32,000 bases of DNA from NCBI GenBank assembly GCA_963759525.1, contig CAVWZO010000016.1:100036-132035 (forward strand), written 5' to 3'. Shown piece after piece: positions 1 to 4,538 of this stretch (its first letter is position 1; each line of letters starts with the position of its first letter). Position numbers and translations under genes: made by a program. A model generated the notes under the pieces. That model was not told where the DNA came from. It searched no databases and saw only the letters and a list, made by a program, of their open reading frames with translations. Origin of the DNA: an uncultured Actinomycetota bacterium. GTDB lineage: Bacteria > Actinomycetota > Actinomycetes > Propionibacteriales > Nocardioidaceae.

Positions 1-135
1 CTCCCGTGACAGCGACGGATCCCCCAGCTGGAGGAACGCGACCGTGCCGTCGTACTCCCTCGCGAGTGCCGTCAGCCGGTCGCGCTCCTGGACCTCGCGC
101 ACCGACATGCCCACGAGAACAAGGTGGTCGCTCAT
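1..135 (-). CDS. Partial CDS (first 45 codons; continues past the left window edge), hypothetical protein
   Basis: Minus-strand ATG at 135-133, preceded by the Shine-Dalgarno GGGAGGAA (reverse complement of 139-146). It reads MSDHLVLVGMSVREVQERDRLTALAREYDGTVAFLQLGDPSLSRE with no stop down to position 1. It is absent from the ORF track because the window truncates it. No family recognised. Confidence 0.4.
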   Translation of the reverse strand, partial: MSDHLVLVGMSVREVQERDRLTALAREYDGTVAFLQLGDPSLSRE

Positions 136-205
136 CGGTTCCTCCCGGGGCGCGGTGCTGGCCACGGGCACGTTACCGGTCACTTCGTGCTCCAGCTGCG
201 CAGGT

Positions 206-225
206 TTCCCCGGCCGGCCGGGGAA
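206..225 (-). terminator. GC-rich hairpin, possible intrinsic terminator of the minus-strand operon ending at 351
   Basis: 20-nt perfect palindrome TTCCCCGGCCGGCCGGGGAA (8-bp stem, 4-nt loop), about 125 nt downstream of the stop of the 351..2381 gene. No U-tract follows, so the call is weak. Confidence 0.35.
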
Positions 226-230
226 GCCTG

Positions 231-289
231 CTCTTTGTCACGGGAGGGCTGCCCTGGGGGCCGGGCCGCAACCCTGGTGTGACAAAGAG
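231..289. repeat. Perfect 11-bp inverted repeat with a 37-nt spacer (stem-loop or operator)
   Basis: CTCTTTGTCAC (231-241) is the exact reverse complement of GTGACAAAGAG (279-289). The comparatively AT-rich arms flank a GC-rich spacer. It lies between the stop of the 351..2381 gene and the start (135) of the next minus-strand gene. Confidence 0.6.
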
Positions 290-350
290 GGCGACGACCG
301 TGTCCGGCACATTTGGCCTTGAGGCCCGCGCCTCGCAGCTTGATCAGCCC

Positions 351-2381
351 TCACTTGATCCCCTCGACGATGAATCCAACCGCTCGGAGGAATCTGAAGA
401 ACTTCCGGTCATTCGTTACGACGGGAACGCCCTCACGGGCCACGCTCGCCGCAACTCTTGAATCTTTGAGATGCAGTGATCGGCCCAGGCTATGGGCGAG
501 CGCCCGGAGCTCTGTGGCGGATGTTTCTGTCCCGGCGGCCGCTAACCGCCCCCCATTCTCCGTGAGGAACTCGCGAAGCGAACTGGTTGTCCCTTTCTTC
601 AAGAACTCCTTCGCGACCGTGATCGGGACGATGGGAGCACGGCCAGCCAAGATGTCTTTGGACTTACCCTGCTGAATGGCGGCTACGAGCGCGTTCGTGT
701 CGAGCGCCACTATTCCCTTCGCTGCGGACCCTGCTCCCTTGCGTGCCAGGGCATCAGCCTCAATCTCCGCCGCGCTCACAGATGTCGTAGCCCCCTTTCC
801 ATCCTCAGCTGAGGAGCGCAGGCGCGGGATGGGCTCCAGACCCCAGATCGGGTCGACATGCGCCGGCTCCGGGTGCACCGGCTCCACATGAACCGGCCCG
901 CTGTAGTCGGGGTGGTTGGGGTCGTTGATGTCGAGGTCCCAGGTCGCGTCCAGGTACACCGGTTCCGGGTGTACTGGTTCGACGTGGACGCATTCGATGT
1001 AGTCGGGATGACTCGGGTGCGTCGGGTCCAGATCCCACAGCTCCACGTGCACCGGCTCCTCATGGCGCAGCTCGTCATGGACCGGATCCACGTAGTCAGG
1101 ATGACTCGGGTGCGTCGGGTCCAGATCCCACAGCTCCACGTGCACCGGCTCCTCATGGCGCAGCTCGTCATGGACCGGATCCACGTAGTCAGGATGACTC
1201 GGGTGCGTCGGGTCCAGATCCCACAGCTCCACGTGCACCGGCTCCTCATGGCGCAGCTCGTCATGGACCGGATCCACATAGTCAGGATGACTCGGGTGCG
1301 TCGGGTCCAGATCCCACAGCTCCACGTGCACCGGCTCCTCATGGCGCAGCTCGTCATGGACCGGATCCACATAGTCAGGATGACTCGGGTGCGTCGGGTC
1401 CAGATCCCACAGCTCCACGTGCACCGGCTCCTCATGGCGCAGCTCGTCATGGACCGGATCCACATAGTCAGGATGACTCGGGTGCGTCGGGTCCAGATCC
1501 CACAGCTCCACGTGCACCGGCTCCTCATGGCGCAGCTCGTCATGGACCGGATCCACATAGTCAGGATGACTCGGGTGCGTCGGGTCCAGATCCCACAGCT
1601 CCACGTGCACCGGCTCCTCATGGCGCAGCTCGTCATGGACCGGATCCACATAGTCAGGATGACTCGGGTGCGTCGGGTCCAGATCCCACAGCTCCACGTG
1701 CACCGGCTCCTCATGGCGCAGCTCGTCATGGACCGGATCCACATAGTCAGGATGACTCGGGTGCGTCGGGTCCAGATCCCACAGCTCCACGTGCACCGGC
1801 TCCTCATGGCGCAGCTCGTCATGGACCGGATCCACATAGTCAGGATGACTCGGGTGCGTCGGGTCCAGATCCCACAGCTCCACGTGCACCGGCTCCTCAT
1901 GGCGCAGCTCGTCATGGACCGGATCCACATAGTCAGGATGACTCGGGTGCGTCGGGTCCAGATCCCACAGCTCCACGTGCACCGGCTCCTCATGGCGCAG
2001 CTCGTCATGGACCGGATCCACATAGTCAGGATGACTCGGGTCGAACACATCGACCCCGTAGGACGGGTCCAAGTGCACCGGCTCGCTCATGAACCGGATC
2101 CACAAAGTCAGGATGACTCGGGTCGAACACATCCGACCCCGTAGGACGGGTCCACAGTGCACCGGCTCCTCATGGCGCAGCTCGTCATGGACCGGATCCA
2201 CAAAGTCAGGATGACTCGGGTCGAACACATCGACCCCGTAGGACGGGTCCATATGCACCGGCTCGCCATGAACCGGATCCACAAAGTCAGGATGACTCGG
2301 GTCGAACACATCCACCCCGTAGGACGGGTCCACATGCGGCTCGAAGTCCATCGGGTGGGGTTCGGAGTTGTACTCGCTCAT
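351..2381 (-). CDS. Repeat-rich acidic His/Pro protein with a C-terminal PIN-like (VapC-type) nuclease domain
   Basis: 676-aa ORF. The N-terminal ~540 aa consist of degenerate plus eleven near-identical 31-aa repeats (HPDYVDPVHDELRHEEPVHVELWDLDPTHPS). The C-terminal ~122 aa carry the PIN acidic-residue pattern: IVALDTNALV (Asp), ITVAKEFL (Glu), HLKDSRV (Asp), VVTNDRKFFRF (Asp). The start is uncertain: ATG 2381 (MSEYNSEPH), or in-frame ATG 2090 (MSEPVHLDPSYG) just after an out-of-frame-looking island. Confidence 0.75.
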   Translation of the reverse strand: MSEYNSEPHPMDFEPHVDPSYGVDVFDPSHPDFVDPVHGEPVHMDPSYGVDVFDPSHPDFVDPVHDELRHEEPVHCGPVLRGRMCSTRVILTLWIRFMSEPVHLDPSYGVDVFDPSHPDYVDPVHDELRHEEPVHVELWDLDPTHPSHPDYVDPVHDELRHEEPVHVELWDLDPTHPSHPDYVDPVHDELRHEEPVHVELWDLDPTHPSHPDYVDPVHDELRHEEPVHVELWDLDPTHPSHPDYVDPVHDELRHEEPVHVELWDLDPTHPSHPDYVDPVHDELRHEEPVHVELWDLDPTHPSHPDYVDPVHDELRHEEPVHVELWDLDPTHPSHPDYVDPVHDELRHEEPVHVELWDLDPTHPSHPDYVDPVHDELRHEEPVHVELWDLDPTHPSHPDYVDPVHDELRHEEPVHVELWDLDPTHPSHPDYVDPVHDELRHEEPVHVELWDLDPTHPSHPDYIECVHVEPVHPEPVYLDATWDLDINDPNHPDYSGPVHVEPVHPEPAHVDPIWGLEPIPRLRSSAEDGKGATTSVSAAEIEADALARKGAGSAAKGIVALDTNALVAAIQQGKSKDILAGRAPIVPITVAKEFLKKGTTSSLREFLTENGGRLAAAGTETSATELRALAHSLGRSLHLKDSRVAASVAREGVPVVTNDRKFFRFLRAVGFIVEGIK
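354..719 (-). other. PIN-like domain (C-terminal 122 aa of the 351..2381 protein)
   Basis: KGIVALDTNALVAAIQQ...ITVAKEFL...LHLKDSRVAASV...VPVVTNDRKFFRFLRAVG. The hhhhDTNhh start and TxD..F end, with intervening Glu and Asp, match the four-acidic-residue PIN signature known from VapC-family RNases. Confidence 0.65.
1007..2029. repeat. Tandem array: 11 copies of a 93-bp unit (in-frame, 31 codons) inside the 351..2381 CDS
   Basis: The unit GATGACTCGGGTGCGTCGGGTCCAGATCCCACAGCTCCACGTGCACCGGCTCCTCATGGCGCAGCTCGTCATGGACCGGATCCACATAGTCAG recurs at 1007, 1100, 1193 ... 1937, with an exact 93-nt period. By eye only one position varies: CGTAG in the first two units versus CATAG in the other nine (a synonymous Tyr codon). 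Degenerate relatives flank the array at about 860-1006 and 2030-2350. Confidence 0.95.
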
Positions 2382-2415
2382 CGGTCCAGGCGCCCTTACA
2401 TCTCAGATGAGTAGC

Positions 2416-3081
2416 TCAGCTGCGAATGTTCCGGATGATGCCCATGCGCATCTGATGGATGATGTTCTGCATCTGGGTGGCGGCCTGCACGTCTTCGACC
2501 TGCAGCTGAATCGCCTGCTGGGTCTTCGCAAGTTCTTTGCTCTCGAGCGCCGCTTGCATGTGACGTTCCGCCTCACGTCGCTTTATCTTGAGAATCTCCA
2601 GCTCCATCTCGCCTTTGGTGAGCTTCCCCCGCTGCTGAGGGGGAGGGGCTGCCGGCTGACCGGCACTACCAGTGCGGGGACGGTTCGGCTGACCCTGGGG
2701 GTGCGCGGTCGAGAGTGTTTGGTTGGAAGGGCCAGCAGGTCGCGGAGCCTGAGGCGCGGGAGCGTTTCCGTGCGGAGCGGCTGGGGGCTGAGGCTCCGGG
2801 GTCACAGAGGTGCCCAACGCCTGACGAATGAGCCCGGCGACGAACTGTGATTTGCCGCCAGCAGTTGGCTCTTCGACCGCACCGATGATCTCCTTCGCAG
2901 CGGCTCTGAGCAGCCGAGGTCCAAGCCCATCCGGACGTCTTGTCGCGGCCGCCAGGACCAGTTCGGCGGTGGGGATACCGCCGTGTGCCTTCGCGCTGTG
3001 CGCCTGGACCTGTCGGACGAGCTCGTCGGGGTGACGCGCCTTCATGTGGGAACGGCAGATGGGGCAAGTGACCTCAAGCAT
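2416..3081 (-). CDS. Hypothetical protein: small N-terminal CxxC domain (DUF1059-like, tentative), Pro/Gln-rich linker, C-terminal coiled-coil
   Basis: 221-aa ORF. ATG 3081 is preceded by AAAGGAA. N-terminus: MLEVTCPICRSHMKARHPDELVRQVQAHSAKAHG. Middle region is low-complexity (PEPQPPAAPHGNAPAPQAPRPAG...). The C-terminus is heptad-like (KGEMELEILKIKRREAERHMQAALESKELAKTQQAIQLQVEDVQAATQMQNII). The stop lies 34 nt upstream of the repeat/PIN gene. Confidence 0.7.
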   Translation of the reverse strand: MLEVTCPICRSHMKARHPDELVRQVQAHSAKAHGGIPTAELVLAAATRRPDGLGPRLLRAAAKEIIGAVEEPTAGGKSQFVAGLIRQALGTSVTPEPQPPAAPHGNAPAPQAPRPAGPSNQTLSTAHPQGQPNRPRTGSAGQPAAPPPQQRGKLTKGEMELEILKIKRREAERHMQAALESKELAKTQQAIQLQVEDVQAATQMQNIIHQMRMGIIRNIRS

Positions 3082-3113
3082 GGGAGTTCCTTTCGGGAGG
3101 TTGTGCGGGGTTT

Positions 3114-3566
3114 TCAGCGGTAGGGCTGGATGGTCGGAAGTCCGTCAGGGCCGCCGTCGTCCACCTGACAGTGGACGCCGTCGACGAGCCTGGTAGCGAC
3201 CACCTGCATGCGATCGCCATCTCGGTCGAGGAGGCGAACTGGTGTCCTGATCGGCATGCGCGAGACGTCGAAGGATCCGCCACAGGTGCGGCCGTGTCGG
3301 TCTGTCACGGCGTTAAGCTCGTTTGTGTACAGATAGAACCGGACAGGGCCGCAGTTGGCAGTGTCGGCTCCGCGCAACGTGACCGAGAGGGAATTTTGTG
3401 CGGGCGAGTCCTCCGATCCGCTTCCACTCGGTGGGGTGGCGTAGGAAGGCGCCGTCACAGTGGGGTTCGAACCAGCGCCGGCGCCCCCGCGGCCAGAGTC
3501 CAAGGCGCTGACGACCATCTCCGCAAGGGCCTGGCGAACTGCGGCCATCACGCCAGGGCGGCTCAT
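3114..3566 (-). CDS. Hypothetical protein (150 aa if started at ATG 3566); possibly the C-terminal part of a frameshifted longer gene
   Basis: This is the high-GC3 portion of ORF 3114..3719. Protein-like sequence begins at MSRPGVMAAVRQALAEMVVSALDSG..., followed by a Ser/Gly/Pro linker and a beta-rich-looking C-terminal region (SLSVTLRGADTANCGPVRFYLYTNELNAVTDRHGRTCGGSFDV...). The ATG overlaps a TGA in another frame (ATGA at 3563-3566). No family recognised. Confidence 0.6.
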   Translation of the reverse strand: MSRPGVMAAVRQALAEMVVSALDSGRGGAGAGSNPTVTAPSYATPPSGSGSEDSPAQNSLSVTLRGADTANCGPVRFYLYTNELNAVTDRHGRTCGGSFDVSRMPIRTPVRLLDRDGDRMQVVATRLVDGVHCQVDDGGPDGLPTIQPYR

Positions 3567-4050
3567 GACGTCGCACCTCTGGAGGCATGCGTCCCGGGTG
3601 ACGGGCGCCGCGGACGGACGCGGCACTGGACGCGGCACTGGGAGTGCCCCGATCGTGCTCCTGCAAGACGGTGCGCCAGCGGTGGAGACTCGCCACCGCG
3701 TTGACCAGCATGCGCGCATCCTCGACGTGGCTGCCGGTCGGCGGACCCGTAAAGGAGATCCGGTGTCGCTGTGTTCCCACGGTGAGGGTCAGTCCCATGG
3801 TGAGCCAGTTGTAGGAGATCGCGTCGACATCGGCGAGAACGAGATCGAAGATGGTCTTGCCGGCCGCGTCCTCCTTCTCGTACCAACTGCTGAAGGCGGT
3901 CCCGGCGGGGGCTGCTACGAACTTCAGCCGTCCGCCTCGCAGAGCCAACGAACCTGGCCTGCCGCGGGCGAACATCACGCGCTCGTAGTGCCAGGCCTGG
4001 GTCTGCAGGTGTTGCCGATTGTCGGTCTTCTCGGTCTTCATTGCATTCAC
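3313..4050 (-). CDS. Hypothetical protein with a PH/GRAM-like N-terminal domain; the C-terminal ~110 codons look out of frame (3' end doubtful)
   Basis: GTG 4050 lies 6 nt downstream of a strong AAGGAGAA Shine-Dalgarno. Residues 1-130 are protein-like (AWHYERVMFARGRPGSLALRGGRLKFV...TIFDLVLADVDAISYNWLTMGLTLTVGTQRHRISFTG...LHRWRTVLQ). After about position 3660 the frame becomes rich in Arg/Trp/Cys/His and overlaps the better-looking frame of 3114..3719. There is no stop until 3313. Confidence 0.55.
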   Translation of the reverse strand: MNAMKTEKTDNRQHLQTQAWHYERVMFARGRPGSLALRGGRLKFVAAPAGTAFSSWYEKEDAAGKTIFDLVLADVDAISYNWLTMGLTLTVGTQRHRISFTGPPTGSHVEDARMLVNAVASLHRWRTVLQEHDRGTPSAASSAASVRGARHPGRMPPEVRRHEPPWRDGRSSPGPCGDGRQRLGLWPRGRRRWFEPHCDGAFLRHPTEWKRIGGLARTKFPLGHVARSRHCQLRPCPVLSVHKRA

Positions 4051-4134
4051 TTCCAGTTCTCCTTGTTGCGTGGTGCCCTCGCGTCGGGTCGCGCGGGGGC
4101 TCGAGGTGTGAGCCGGTCTCGTCGGATCCGGACG

Positions 4135-4308
4135 TCAGCGTCGGCCGAGGCTTGCCGAGATCAGCTGGGCAGCCGACCGCACGCGCGGGTTCTTCGATCG
4201 ACTCGCCACCAGGTTGGAAATGCTCAGTGCGATCGCCTTGAGCGCCTCTGGGTCGGTCCCTTGAGCGGCTGGCTGGTTCCCGGGAGGTTCCTTGTCTGCG
4301 GTACGCAT
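4135..4308 (-). CDS. Candidate small ORF (57 aa), hypothetical
   Basis: Found by hand; it is below the length cut-off of the ORF track. It reads ATG 4308 ... TGA 4137-4135: MRTADKEPPGNQPAAQGTDPEALKAIALSISNLVASRSKNPRVRSAAQLISASLGRR. Third-position GC is about 75% by hand count. The Shine-Dalgarno is weak. It sits 84 nt upstream of the 4050 gene on the same strand. Confidence 0.25.
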   Translation of the reverse strand: MRTADKEPPGNQPAAQGTDPEALKAIALSISNLVASRSKNPRVRSAAQLISASLGRR

Positions 4309-4538
4309 CGTGACTACCTACTTCGTGTGTCGTGGCAGACCGGACGCCGGTGGGGCCGCCGGCTGGAACACTCTTGGTTCCGCTGCCGTGCCTTGACTCT
4401 TGCGGCGGAAGTGGCCCGTTCACATGGGCTCGTTGTCACATTTCTCCGCGATGCGGGGCCCCATTGCGAAGCCGCGCCAGCGGTCTGCTGAGACTTACGC
4501 GCCGATGGACCAGGTCGCCTGTCCCAGCTAGATGAGCC

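Noticed and set aside
1007-2029. Regularly spaced repeats as a possible CRISPR array
   Set aside because: The units are directly abutting 93-bp copies with no unique spacers. They are in frame inside a CDS, and no cas genes are present.
776-2144. Long ORFs 858..2144 (+, 428 aa) and 776..2050 (-, 424 aa) with their own perfect repeats
   Set aside because: They are alternative-frame or antisense readings of the same 93-bp tandem array. Their sequences are rich in Arg/Cys/Trp/Met (MTRVRRVQIPQLHVHRLLMAQLVMDRIH..., MCSTRVILTMWIRSMTSCAMRSRCTW...) and have no domain at either end. Only the 351..2381 frame connects to a recognisable PIN-like domain.
4393-4421. TTGACT (4393-4398) as a -35 element for the kinase promoter
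   Set aside because: I found no convincing -10 hexamer at a 16-19-nt spacing (CCGTTC/CGTTCA/GTTCAC). A single hexamer match is not evidence.
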